Shown in pieces: positions 1 to 13,258 of a DNA stretch of 64,000 nucleotides. The stretch covers positions 31,124,001-31,188,000 of the forward strand of contig NW_026262668.1 of the NCBI RefSeq assembly GCF_021869535.1, read 5' to 3'. Within the stretch, counting starts at the first letter, position 1; every line of letters begins with the position of its first letter. The translations under genes and the position numbers were made by a program. The stretch comes from Mytilus californianus. Lineage: Eukaryota. Under the pieces are notes generated by a model. It saw only the letters and a program-made list of their open reading frames with translations. It ran no database searches and was not told the origin of the DNA.

Positions 1-2850
1 GCAATCTTCTATCAAGGAAATCATGATAGGAAATACAAGCCCGGGAATATCGTATCAATTGGGAGATATATACTCCGTATGCAGGCGCTGCTGGAATGTT
101 GCTACATAGAAATGGAAAGTTCACAATTGGGAAGCTGAAATCATCTCTTTTGTCGTGAAGTTTTGTTTTCAACCGACTCTCATTGTCAATTTCTAGATGT
201 AAGTCAAGATATGAGGCAGACTTAACTGTACCTGTAGTATCCTTTATCTCAAGTTCGATGGGATAGATTCGTTCAACATAGTCACCAAGTTTTGTATTAT
301 TTAGTGAGAGAACATCATCTATATAGCGGAACGTAAAGTTAAAGGATATTGCTAACTTCTTATCTTTCTTCCTAAGAAGTTCCTGTATGCAGTCAGCATC
401 ATAATAATAAAGAAACAAGTCGGTAAGAAGAGGGGCACAATAGGTTCCCATTGGAATTCCGACAGTCTGTTGAAAAACACGTCCTCAAAACGTTACAAAT
501 ATGTTGTCAATCAGGAAATCAAGCATCTTGATAATGTCAGTTTCAGAGAATTTTTTGTTTGAATCAGAGTGATTCTTTACAAAGTAGGATTAATCCCTCC
601 CCAAGACAAGATACTTGTATCTACGTTCGCCATTCCTCTTAATGAAACAAAGTAATACCAACTCTTTCAATTTGTCTTTTAGTTTGGAATGGGGAATACT
701 TGTGTAAAGTGTAGAAAAGTCAAATGTTTTAATACTATTGCAAGATAAGAGAGTCTTAGATTGTATGTACTCTAAAAGATCTTTGGAATTTTTTATTATC
801 CACATCTGATTCACGCCACCCCTAGAATAGGCAGTTTCACAATAACTTTGGAGCCCGGCTTTGATTGCTGATGAAATAGATGTTAATACTTTAGAAAGAG
901 GTTTCGTGGAGCACTTGGAAGACCCAGCAATATACCGTTCTTTGTAAGGACACTTATGTAGTTTAGGTATCCAATACAGTGATGGAAGATCCAGTTCTTC
1001 ATCTTTGGTTGTATTCTAAAGGAACATAGAACAGACCTATGATTATCCCGGATTTCCTCTTTGGTGAGTGTCGTGATGTTATATGTTGAGTTTCCAAATG
1101 AATTGTCAATACCTAATTCATTTATCAAGCAGTTTATGTAATGATATTTACACACAAAACGATGTTGTTTGGGGCTTTATCTGCGGGGACAACAACATAT
1201 TTGTCATGGAGGTAGGACAAGTGTTTTGCAACATTTGGGTCTTTAAAAATTGACGTAGCGTGGGTATTGATAGACCCATTTAGTTTCTTAATTCGGATTT
1301 GTATCAACGACCTGACAGCCTTAATCCATTCGGAAAGAGTATCTACGTCTTCTTTCTCGCGTTTAGCCCATTGCCTGGCATAATCCTTGACTGAACCCAT
1401 CAGTATTTTGAAGTTGTATTTCCAATTGATGGATTTAGGCTCACGATATTTCGGACCTTAGGATAACAAAGGACAAGGTACGATAAGGCCTGTTTTTGGC
1501 CCCCCATTTTCTCATTTTTCGAATTCTGTTTTGGAAAGCTACTTATTATGTTAAAACATTCCCTGAGGTTTGAAGTTTGTTTGGATGAACTTCAAAACCA
1601 CTAATTTTAGCAACTGGGTGAAGTGAGGGGGGTTAACTTTCTGTTATTATTAAAATATTGTAATTATTATTCATTTTGCAGGTGATTTTACAACATTTTT
1701 TTATTTTTTTAGTGCCTGCGCCAACGTGACCCAGGAATTTTTTTATTCCAATGTCATGAAAACTGTTTTTGCTGTCTAAATCGCCATATTTTTTTCTGGG
1801 TCACGTAGGCGCACGGTATTAAATTTTAAGAAGCAATGGCCAAAAATCGTTATATATCCTTCTTTTGACGTTTTTGATACCCTTTTACCCCCCTAACCTC
1901 ACCCATTTTCTGAAATTAATGGTTTTGAAGTTCATCCAAACAAACTTCAAACCTAAGGGAATATTTTAACGTGATAAGTAGCTTTCCAAAACAAAATTTA
2001 GAAAATGAGAAAATAGGGGGGCCAAAAACGGGCCTTATCGTACCTTGTCCTTTCGCAGTGAAGTGTTATTGACAATGTTGAGGTCTCCGGTAATAACGTG
2101 GCCGGCCGGATTATATGTGAATTGGGAACTAGCACAGGTGCAATCAGGAGGTTTAGACTTGAAGTCGTCAATGTTTAGATCCTGCAAAAAGTGTTTGTAA
2201 TTGAAAATTTTAGTTGCAATTGGTTTGGTATAGGTATAAGAAATTATTGGTACAGACATATCTTTAAAATAAGGAGGTATTTTCGACTGAACTAATTTAT
2301 GATGAAGGATATTGCCTAAGTTGACGCCATCGAGACCTTTGTTGGAAAGTTTAAGAAAAGATCTTTTCTCTTTTTCATCTTTTCCAATGCGAACTGGTTT
2401 GGAAAGTCTGTGACTAGCAATATCCGAAATGATAGCTGTAAGTTTGTATTGGTTTGAATGAGGGTTTGTAACAAGTGGTTTCCAAACATAAATTGAACAG
2501 AGAATGAAGTTTTGAAAGGGGTAATGAATAAAGTTGCGTGCGAATGTGATGAATACCTAACGGCTTTTGTATAAATGGCAGCAAGTCATTAATAGAGACA
2601 TCATGCAAAGAAGGTGATGTATAATGACAATGACCATGACTGCGTCTACGTCGAGGAGTAGAGTTGAAAATATTCATCACATTCACCGAGCTACAAGAAG
2701 GACTAGATAGAATACCTATACCATCAATTTTGTCATTGCAACCATATGGTGTCGCAGTTCCCAATTGTCGAATCCACTAGTCCTCTTTTTGTCTACGGAG
2801 AGGCGTTGCAAGTTGAGGATTGTTAGTTTTGTGGTATATTATAAACTATA
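1..2850 (-). mobile_element. Penelope-like retroelement relic with GIY-YIG N-terminal to RT (Naiad-type); frameshifted, 5'-truncated, runs off the window start
   Basis: Minus-strand translation gives TFDFSTLYT (RT motif A), GIPMGTxCAPLLADLFLY (motif B'), FRYIDDVL (YIDD at 314-325) and YGVYISQLIRYSRAC. Upstream, at ~2740-2830, RRQKED*WIRQLGTATPYGCND matches the C-terminal end of a PLE GIY-YIG domain. Confidence 0.85.
1471..2050. mobile_element. 580-bp non-autonomous TIR element (Spy-like MITE) inserted at AAA|TTT without TSD
   Basis: Terminal inverted repeats of ~165 bp (GGACAAGGTACGATAAGGCC... / ...GGCCTTATCGTACCTTGTCC). Flanks are AAA and TTT. Removing the element rejoins the PLE reading frame (TSLRNLLS*GPKYRE). 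Confidence 0.85.
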
Positions 2851-4009
2851 CCTCCTCTTGTTTCTGTTTTTTAATGTTGAAAATCTTAATAAGATATCTG
2901 AAGATGCATTATTGTACAAAATTCAGCAATTTGAAGCATAAAAATGTTATTTTTTTATGTGTATTGCATACCAAAGTCTTGATTGAGAAATTTGATTTCG
3001 AACAGTGGAAAGAACTATCCATTTAGTTTATGCCAAAATGTAACATGAAACCTTTTAAAAATAACCATTTGATATATTCGCAAGAAAAAATACAAAGCGT
3101 TCAATACTAAGGCTTCTACATACAGTGAAATTCTTCAGTAGCAGGGGTTAAACCAATAGAGTACAAATATAAGCTTTTGGTCAAAATGTATAGTTTTGGT
3201 TGCTAAGGACTGTAAACAATAAAATTGACATGTATTGTCATTCTAAAACACTTTATATCCTCAGAAATTGATTTAGAATTTAAATATCAATAGATTTAGG
3301 GTATGAAAAGTCTCAAGTTATGCAATTCTGAGCTTTGTAAGTATGCCAAAAGGTAGCAATATACAGTTAGGAAATAAAATTAAAATTTAACCTCATGAAT
3401 TTTAACATCCCCTTTTCCTTTCTTTCTCACAAATTAAGCTTACTGTTTGTGTCATATATGTGCATATTTATATAATCGGTATCTTCCATAGATTTGATAT
3501 CTAGGAGTTAAAATGGTCAAATATAATTTCTTTTTGGTGTATCCATGGCAACAATCTGCCTTTGTTTGCAATAAAATATTGCAAAATTGGTGGTAAAGAT
3601 GTCACATATTTGACCAAAATTTGGCCAAAATTAGAATTTCAATCCATTGGAGTGACACATTTTCTGAAACTGTATAAATATATCTTTGAAGAGATCAAAT
3701 AAAAATCATATGTCTTTCGTCTCATTTTTTTTGTAAAATTGCGTCAAAAAGTTCGTGTGAAAAAAAAAGTGCTTGTAAACATTACAACAATTTCTGGACC
3801 TATGGCCTTCTGGCTATAAAAATATGGACAGTCAATCAGAAAATAGCCCATAAAACATGTAAACAATAATATTTATGTTCTTATAAACCCACTTTGAAGG
3901 CTAAATTACTCATCAGCTGTCTAACAATGAATCTTATTGCACAATAACTTTCATATTTGAAAAATCCACAGGGGCCAAAATGCGAAACCACACTCCTAAC
4001 TGTGTATTG

Positions 4010-4712
4010 CTACCAAAACCATACGATGACACCATGTTACGGGTTCGCCGACTGGAACGGGCTCAATAACACCTAACCTGACGTCTTGATCTAAGGATGC
4101 TTTCACGTCGTCCTGTCAGTGGAAAGGAACTGGAACCGGAGTATGGCATGCAACTCCCGTCGCGTTAGGGTCGATTGCAAGTTTCAAAGGTAGACCTTCA
4201 ATTAATGGCGGTTATTTATGTTGACAGGTATTAAAAGTGCTCGACTTGTAGTGTTCAAGTATAAAGTCTCTGATTTTCGGTACGTTCTCCTCTGTTGGTT
4301 GGAACGGAAGTTTCATTGGTATCGAAAGAGGTGTTTGCTCTGTAGACAGTTCCATTTAGCCTGTTCTTATCATTTGTCGGAAATAAAGTATCAGTGTCGC
4401 TTCCGGTATTTTTACACATAGGAGGGATGTTCCCAGATAGTATTAAAGTGTAATGCAAGTCTCTTTGCTGAGAAAGAACTTTTCTGAGCTGTTTGTGATG
4501 TACACAATTCGTCTAGTTTTAGTTCGTGGCTATCTCGGTCCTTTTCTGAAAGTCTGAAAATGACGGTCCGAAGTATAACAATGTCTTGTTGTTAATGACG
4601 TGAATCTGCATGATCACTGGTATGAGGTCACATTTTGTTCATCCAAATTTGCTAAGCATTGTAATCCCAACTAGACAACTTTGACAACCAGTGTTAGTCA
4701 TTGCAAGGATGA
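4010..4712 (-). pseudogene. Ty3/Gypsy pol relic (aspartic protease and start of RT)
   Basis: LAMTNTGCQSCLVG (degenerate DTG protease site), then YKSSTFNTCQH and HTPVPVPFH*QDDVKASLDQDVRLGVIEPVPVGEPVTWCHRMV, with stops and frameshifts. Confidence 0.8.
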
Positions 4713-6794
4713 TTGTATTTTTCTGTTCACACATTAAAAAGTTTTGAAAACTAACGACATCATTAATAAGTATGTTGATGAACGTTTTCAAATGCATATC
4801 CTTATTGTTGTGTTTTTTATCTTTAATACTTGTAAAAACTGGAAAGGTATACATCTTCAAAAATATATATAAAACTTTATAAACTACCCTAAATAATGTC
4901 ATTTATTAACTTAATATTGTATTTTTTATATTATTTTTGTTTGCCCACCGTTTTGTTATGTCCATGTATGTACTGTATTATGATGTTAATGTTATCTTAG
5001 TATGTAAATGTCAAATCATATATGTATGTTCATGTTAAATGTATTGTTATTTCGGTGTAATAATATCACTGTATAAACAAAATTCAAAAACGTTATATTT
5101 GTATTGTTCATGATAATATGGCATGTGCGGCGCAATAAATATTCTTGTCACGATCGAGTAAGCAAATTACTACAAACCTTTAATAGTGGTTACCGATTGT
5201 CTGCCACATGACATTTCTGATTGTAAATATACGAAGTGCTCTAATAATAAATTTGCGGGCAAACGCAAAACTATTTTTAAAATAATATATGAAAAATAAA
5301 AGTACTTTTAGTCAAACAAAACTCATATATGTTACGCCATTAAAAAAAGCAATTTAATTTTAGCGGATTAGGTTTAAAAAATAAATGCAATCGTATATTT
5401 CAACGGTTAAGTAATAGAAATAACGACATCATATGTTTACAAGAAACTCATTCTTGTAGAGAAACAACTGAATAATGGAAAAGGGAATGGAAGTGATGGC
5501 AATAGAACTTGGAACTGCAGTTCAAGTGACTCCCGTGGTATTGCTATATTATTGAAACAAAAATGCAGTTCAATTTTACCGAGTGCCTTCAAGTATTTAA
5601 TGAAGAGATAAAATTATCATTACGATGTATTTATTACCCAAATAGCGAACTCAGAACACGTTTTTTTTTTTAAATCACTTTCATTTGATAATTCCACTGA
5701 AAATGGTATATTCTCGTAATGACATAGGTCACGATGAACTGAAATATTTCATTGATAAAAACAATTTATGTGACGATTGGAGAACCTCAAACCTTGAAGC
5801 TAAAAGGTATACCTTTAATAGGACTAATACGAAATCAAAAATTGATTATATGTTAGTCAGCAAAGATCTTCTTCATAAGATGACAAAGGTAAAAAAGTAC
5901 TCACTTTCCGTTTAGGGACCATGATTTAGTAAGTGCTAAAATAAGTTTGAATGAAATAGAAAGGTGGCCAAGTGTATTGGTTTTGAATGAAAATACTATT
6001 AAGAGTGAAAAATTCAAAAACGCTTTTCTCACAATGTTGGAAGATCGTAAATCTGAAACTGTTCATTACAAAAATAATAAGAAATTGTAGGAGCGTGTTT
6101 AAGCACTATATACGGGCATTATGTATGGAGATATCCGCAAAATTAAATGTAAATGATAAAAAACTACTACAAATGGAATATGACATTGACCATCTCAAAT
6201 CTGACACTGTCAATAACAAATTATCAAAGACTAATGAACTTGAAAAAAAACATTAAAGAAATTTACGAAAAGAAATCTGAAGACGCTTAGATAAGATCTA
6301 AATGTAAATGGTTTGAAAAAGGGGGAAAATCTACGAGATATTTCTTTGAATTAGAAAAATCTAACGGGCAAAGTAAATTATGAAATAGGACACAATGTGA
6401 AGATGGAACATTTTAAAATTGATCTCGATTCTATTCTAGATGAAGAGCCAAAAAATACGAAAAATTATTTAAAAGCGAAGGTTGGGACGAGAAAAAGGGT
6501 AACTGGCTACTACAGTTCGTTGAAAGCACATTAGATGAAAACGAAAACTCAAATTTAGAAAAATAGACTATTAAGAGATTTTGCAAACTGTAGAAAGTCT
6601 TAAAATCTACAAGTCATCTTGTGAAGATGGTATTATAGCCATCTTTTATCAGATATATTGGGATGTTTTAAGGAAAAATTAACTGATTTAGTAAATTCAA
6701 AATTTGAAAGTGGCTCGCTTTGTAAATCACAAATTAGAAGGATGATATCCTTTTACTTTTTAAAGGGGCGAACACAAGAACGTAGAATATTAGA

Positions 6795-7192
6795 GATCAT
6801 TAACTGTACTTAAAAGAGGGGCGAAAGATACCAGAGGGTAATTCAAACTCATATGTCGAAAATAAACAGACAACGCCATGGCTAAAAAGAAACAAAACCA
6901 ATAGACAATCAATAGTACACAAAACACAACATAGAAAACTAAAGACTGAGCAACACGAACCCCACCAAATCTGGGGGTGATCTCAGGTGCTCCGGAAGGG
7001 TAAGCAGATCCTGCTCCACATGTGGCACCCGTCGTGTTGCTCATGTTATTACAAACCCGGTCAGAAGTCTAATTCGATAGGTCAAATTCGGAAAATGGTA
7101 CGGGATTGTAGTTACGACATTAGGAACATATCCGTTATCATCTGTGAAACGGATATTCCATAACGGTCAACCAACTCGTGATGGCGTCCATA
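6795..7192 (-). mobile_element. 3' end of a Naiad-type PLE (RT C-terminus plus structured 3' region) nested in the LINE
   Basis: YGRHHELVDRYGISVSQMITDMF followed by a region closed by a 12-bp stem (TGAGCAACACGA 6947-6958 / TCGTGTTGCTCA 7032-7043). Confidence 0.75.
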
Positions 7193-8340
7193 TAATTTTG
7201 ACTATAAAATGAGAGCTATAATCTGTAATCTTACCTAATTTAATACATCCAGACCAAAACGGTTTCGTAGGAGTAGAAATATCAGTAAAACAAACAAACA
7301 AACAAACAAAGATACAATACATTACATTTATGTAGAAGACGAAGAGGATGTTATTTTTTCTTACATCGCGAAACGCTTTCGATCGAATAAATGGATATGG
7401 CTCATAGCTTGTTTGGAAAAATTCTATTTTGGACCGAAATTTTGTATGTGGATAAACATGTATTAAAACAAATGGATTTGTTTCTAAATATGTTACAATT
7501 TCACGATCAGCATGGCAAGACTGTCAAATAACATCTCTGATTTATGTTATTCAAGCTGACCCAATGGGTAGCACAATAAGGGCTAATAAAGACATTGAAG
7601 GAATGAAGATACCCGCCAATACATATACTCATGAAACAAAAATCAGTCTTTAAAATTAACTACGATAAAAAAAAAAAACAAAAAAAACCTGCTTATAGGG
7701 AGGTTAAAAAGCAAAAACCCTAGGTTTACTAAATTTAGATGGGTGAAACACATTGCAAAAACTCTAGAGGTCTAGATGGCTAAGATAATATGATTAAGAG
7801 TGATACAATAAATAAATAAAAAGTTTTCTGGAGGTCTGTAAAACCAGAAACCTGATCTTCACCGGCAAACACTCATTGTTAAATGTATGATTTTGTCCTT
7901 AATAGGGTTTGAAATTGACAGTCGTGGGATTTCAAAGCAATATTTAAACGAAATAAACAAACTTATTTCGGTGTTTATTTGGAATAATAAAGTTAGCCAA
8001 AAAGATAGGATCGTGTGTTGCTTCGATACTAAAAAGAGGGGATAGGTATGAATATTTTTTTTTCTTTTGTAAAGAGTAGACAAACAAAATTTTTATACAA
8101 GAAAATTCACTCGGATGAAGAAACTTGGAAATTTCTTTGTAAAACTGGTTAAAAAAATGACATAATAATCGATGAAGAGTACTCACTATGTAGATGCACA
8201 GATCTATCTAAATTTAGTCTGTTCATTCCATCATTCTATATATATATATATATGCCCTCTTTATCATAACTAGGAAAAAATATATACCGCTAATACGGAG
8301 GAAGAAATACTGAAAATAAACACATCATAGATACCAAGAT

Positions 8341-8392
8341 TGTGTACGTCAGACGCTCGTTTCCTCTACAAAAGACACATCAGTGACGCTCG
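8341..8392 (-). ncRNA. Degenerate minimal type I hammerhead ribozyme motif (PLE/retrozyme-type repeat)
   Basis: Reverse complement: CGTCA CTGATGT GTC ttttgta GAG GAAAC gagc GTC TGACG. Stem I is intact but the core is mutated (CUGAUGU). Confidence 0.6.
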
Positions 8393-9614
8393 ATTCAAAA
8401 AGTTTAAAGGACCAAATAAAGGATGAAGTTGAAGAGAATTGAGGACCCTAAATTTCGAAAACTAGACTTTTCTGTAACTCTGATATTAGATTTGAAAGAG
8501 AATCTCTATGTTTTAAATCGTTTACTAAGAGTAAAATAACAACTGTTGGTTACATATGGAATTTTGAAATGGCAACTTTCCAAAACTGTAATTCTATAAA
8601 TAAACGACTTATTGATCAAAGGAATTGTGCAGCCGAATATTCAAAAATTAAAAATGCTATACATTAAAATAATATAAATATACTAAAGGGTGTACACATT
8701 TTACCCAACCAGCAGCCCAATTTGATAATAAAATTAGACAACTTAGATTACACAATTAAAGGTATTAAAATAATACAAAAAAAAAAAAAAATTAAAACCG
8801 AAAGATATTCGACACGTACCTTATCGAAATACCTTAACTTATAGCACAATTAAAATGGGAAACTGAGTTTATTGTACGTTTTGACTGGAAATCGGTTTTG
8901 GGGTAATTTATTAAATCTACGTATGTAGAATACAATTTGTGAATTCCATTGGAAGTCCATGCATTATTTACACCGAATCTAGACTACATCAATTTGAGCA
9001 TTCTTTAGTTCAAGGTAACTGCCATTTTTGCAAAAATTTTTTTTTTATAACTGTAAACAGATCTACCCATTAATACATTGTAATAGTAGAATTGAAAAAG
9101 TATATTCACAAAAGTACACTTGACACAATCAATTCTATGAAAGAAATATGATCCTCGGTTTTTATGACAGGCAAAATCATATTTAGCATTATCCTAATAT
9201 GCATGGCCAAAATGGATAATTTAGAAACTTCGAAATCAAATAAAATTTGAAAACATCACTTGCCATAATCAACGAATTGTTAGACAATTGTATTGTGAAC
9301 TAAAAGAAAACATCGTTTTACGTTTAAATTATTTACAAAATAAAGAACCAGATATCAACAATGATGAGGTACACTTATTAGTTTAGATATGTAATTGTTA
9401 ACGTTAACAGTTTTTAGTTAACGTATCGATATATTCAATTATAAATAAGATGGTAATTATATCCACCAACTTATTTACATTTACATTGATTATCTACAAA
9501 AGGGTATCACTGTTTAAAGATCTGGAGTAATCGAATTAAGTATTGTGCTAGGTGTATTTGACTTTTGTTTTAATTTGATATAAGAAAGTAGAGAAAGGAA
9601 AAAAAAAGAAAAAA

Positions 9615-10500
9615 AAGTTTATTGATCAACGGCTGCGGCTGTGATGGTCGTTTAACCCGTGTGTTATACATCTGCGAATAAAGATGATGGTCAAGTTGGA
9701 TGAAACTTTTCCCTTGAGGGACACAGTTACCACAAAATCGAATACAAACACTTTTGGCTTACTGTTATTGCTACCACATACCGGTTTAAAGAGGTTTTCG
9801 GGTACACAGTTTTTGCAAGTATCTACTTATGATGCAATTCTTTCCTCCTTGTCTTTGGTGGAGCACTTTTTCCGTGTCCTTTTTACCACAGTAACCACAC
9901 AATTAAACCTTGTTATCATGTTTTCGTGTCTTTTGCTATACTGGCATTTCGTCTTCGACAGTACGAAGTAGAGTGGGTTCAGTACCTTGCGAATCAAGAA
10001 GGTGTGATGCAGAACGCTTACCGGCTTCCTTAGCTTCAACGAATTTGAAGGCTTCATCTCGTGTCTTGTGCTGTTGTTTTGTCTCATAAGAGATCTAATG
10101 AATACCAGGGTCACTTTGTCCGCGGATAAGAACATCGAGTTAGATGGTTTCTGTGTAGATGATCACATCCTGGACATTGTAATGTGAATTTACAAACGCT
10201 GGCTTGGCCTCAAGGATTGGCTCCAAATGAACGAACTATCTTGTTGCGTTGATTGCAAGTACTCCCTGTTCAGATCACAACAATCAATTAGACGAATATC
10301 AAGGTTTTTTTATGATGACCTTAGTATCTTGAACGTAGTCTTTTTATAGAGAGACAAATTATGTCTTATCTTCACTGGAACTACTTTTTCCATTTCGATG
10401 AGACCAGTGGCTTCCAAATTAACTGTTGCCTGAGTTGTAAGTAACGCTTCAACCACACCAGCGTCGAGATCATCTGTATCGTACTTTCAATTCGGTACTG
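9615..10500 (-). pseudogene. Ty3/Gypsy gag relic
   Basis: VRSFGANP*GQASVCKFTLQCPGC, DVLIRG, FKFVEAKEAGKRSA, zinc-knuckle remnant CGYCGKK, ending LDHHLY...KRPSQPQPLIN, which is the pre-protease region. Confidence 0.7.
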
Positions 10501-11770
10501 GGCAATTCACTACGAGCAAAAGACACCTCAATCATAAATGAGTATAACACTGATTTCTCATATCTTTTATTGACATCAAATGATAGAGAACTGAAACAAA
10601 AAATCAATCAATTAACAATACTGATATTGATATTCCTCTAATTGACTTATTTGTTTGACAGATAGTTTGATAAGTTTCAGGTGCATTGTAGACAACTGAA
10701 GCTCGACATTAGCTCAGTAATCAGTACTTTGGTACTGAAATTATAACAAACGTTTCTTAAATTGTCCATTTATAAATTAAAAAAATATTAAGAAAACAAG
10801 GTTTCAATTCCCATCGACAAATTTGACCTTATATGGATTTGGCTGTTATTTTTATGTCCCTTTTTGTCTTATGGATCTTCAACTGTTTCTTTTTTTTTTC
10901 AACTAAAAAGTTCATATTGAATCAAAAGACACACCACTTTTCTGGATCGGGGGTTGCGGCCAAAGTTTACTTCCAGTATTCTTAAAACTGTTATGGAAAA
11001 TTGGACCAAAATTGAAATTACAGCACAAATAAGGCATTATTAAGGGGTTATATTAACTTTGCAATATATAATAGGATGCGCTATAAAAAGAAGTACGTTT
11101 ATATAAATTGTTATATCACAACCATTTCTATGCAATATTGGAAGTATTCTGGCCAGATAAAAAAATATTAAAATCTTGTGGCAAACTGTAACCCTGCGTG
11201 AACCTATTCCGTTCATGAATTTGTATATTTAGTGGATTACTGTTGAAAATATCTTTCAAATAATGTGCCGTTTGGTCATCGGATACTTTTGCCAAACCCT
11301 ACTGCATATAATAGTTGAAACACATATCTACACAATTACACAGTTGGTCGGCATTTGAATATCATTCATTATTTGTCTGAACATATTAGATCCGCAAGGT
11401 TTTGAATCGATTATCAATTATAAATAAGCCTGAATATCAAATATATTTAACTAATTATTAATTAAGTCTTGTATGTTTGTATTTTTAAAAGTCAAGACAA
11501 CAGAAGATACAATTACATTCAAATTTATCGCACGTATATCTTTTTTAAACAAAATCTGTCTTTTGTAATAGAGTTGTATACAGAGTTATTGTCAATTTGA
11601 ATAAGCTAACCTTCAAAAGAACATTAGCATACAACAATTCAAAATAACTTAAGACTATTCAAATAAAAATTGACATTGACATATATTTATCACTGGTTTA
11701 AACGACATACTAATCGGTGTAATTTTCAACCCCAATGCAAGCAAACAGTAGTCACTGTGATAGAAATATA

Positions 11771-13258
11771 CACTCCAAAAAAAAAAAATGAAACACATAA
11801 TGGATTTTTAAGAATTTCAGTACATGTATTTTTAATGGAAATTTTACAATTACTAATGAAGATATTCCCTTAAAACGTGTTTGATTGAGAAGAGGACAGT
11901 CTATTCCTTCGAGATTGATAAATAAAAGTCAATTTATCACAATTATAGTTACTTCCGGTGCCATTAAAGTACCGTGTATGACCACCTCTCTCTGCTAAGA
12001 CTGCTACGCATCTCCTCGGCATGGATGCTATCAATGTTCTAATGTTGTTGCGTGGAATTGCTCGCCTTTTCTGTTGCAATATTTGTCGGAGCTGATCCAG
12101 GGTCTAAGGCGGGGGTTGACGCTGGCTCACACGTTTATCCAGTTGGTCTCGTAGATGCTCAATAGGATTCAAGTCCGGTGATTTGGAAGGCCAAAGTAGC
12201 ACATTGATGTTATTCTGCTGAAGATGGTCCATTGTTAAACGCGCTGTGTGAGGCCTAGCATTGTCCTGCTGGAATAACTCTTCCTGACGGTCAATAGCAT
12301 GCATAAGGTGAGGTTGGAGAATTTCGTCTCTGTACCTTTGAGCCGTTAAATTACCCGGAACATGTACCAATTTCGTTTAACGGTCATTAGAGATAGCCTC
12401 CCACATCATGACACTTCCTCCACCGAAGCTGTCCACTTCTTGGACACAGGAGGAAGCAAAACGTTCATTCATGCGCAGGTTACGAGTTCTTCCATCACGT
12501 TTCTTAAGCATAAAACGGGACTCATCACTGAACCAGATTCTGCGCCAGTTGCGGAATGTCCAGCCCCCGATCTGTTGCGCCATCGGACTCTATTCCGTCT
12601 ATGTAACGGCCTCAAACGTGTCCAAAATACGACCTCCTTGGTCGAATGCCATGTTGTTGCAGTCGATTACGGACTGTTTGTGAGCTGATTCTTCTCAATC
12701 CTTTATCCCAACTGCAGTGGCTGTTGCGGCAACGGTTTCGTAGATAAAATACCCGGATGAAGCGATCTTGGCCAGGAGTTGTTTGGCGAGGTCGTCCGCT
12801 CCTCGAGCGGTCCTTAGTACAGACAGTCTGCTGGTAACTGTTCCAAAGTCGCGAAATTGTGCTCTGGTTAACATTTTCAGTTCTATCTACTTCTCATTGG
12901 GACACTCCGGCCTGGAGACGGCCGATGACGATATTTCGAAGAAAAGGGTCCAACCTTGGCATGACAGCGTTTTAAAATGTGATGAATTAAATCTTTAAAC
13001 AAGGTCATTATATGCGCAAAAGTGTAACAGTTGAGTTGACCACAAAATTCTCGTGAATAAAGTTAGCAAAAGTTCTCGGGGAGAAAGGTCATATGCACTT
13101 TTAGCGACAGAGAGCTAAATCAAAACAACGGGCATTTATAGTTTAAAGCTTACCTGTAAAAATTCGAAGATGCAATTGACCGTTTCATTTTACCTTGTAA
13201 AATATATATTTTGGATTTTGAAAAATTCAACCCAGCTAGGCGTTTTATTTTTACAGTA
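11771..13258 (-). mobile_element. Tc1-family (DD34E) DNA transposon, ~1.5 kb, transposase pseudogene at ~11968-12962
   Basis: MPRL... N-terminal HTH region with RSGRPR, then WFSDESRF, QQDNARPH and WPSKSPDLNPIEH (34 residues between D and E). TA precedes CACTCC at the left end; the right TIR is degenerate. Confidence 0.9.

Larger units (their letters stand above)
5350..9290 (+). mobile_element. Decayed Tx1/L1-clade LINE ORF2 (APE endonuclease, RT, C-terminal Cys region)
   Basis: Fragments in order: DIICLQETHS, KSKIDYMLVS, RDHD (SDH-like), CEDGIIAIFY, LPNLIHPDQNGFVG, AFDRIN, FIWNNK, GNCHFC, WII*KLRNQIKFEN. Many stops; interrupted by PLE-derived pieces. Confidence 0.7.

Noticed and set aside
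1-2850. Selenocysteine recoding / SECIS, reported for some Naiad elements
   Set aside because: The in-frame stops I could place are TAG or TAA, not conserved TGA, and I found no convincing SECIS.
2850-4008. Possible long MITE ending ...GCGAAACCACACTCC
   Set aside because: Only one candidate terminus was found, with no matching inverted end or TSD.
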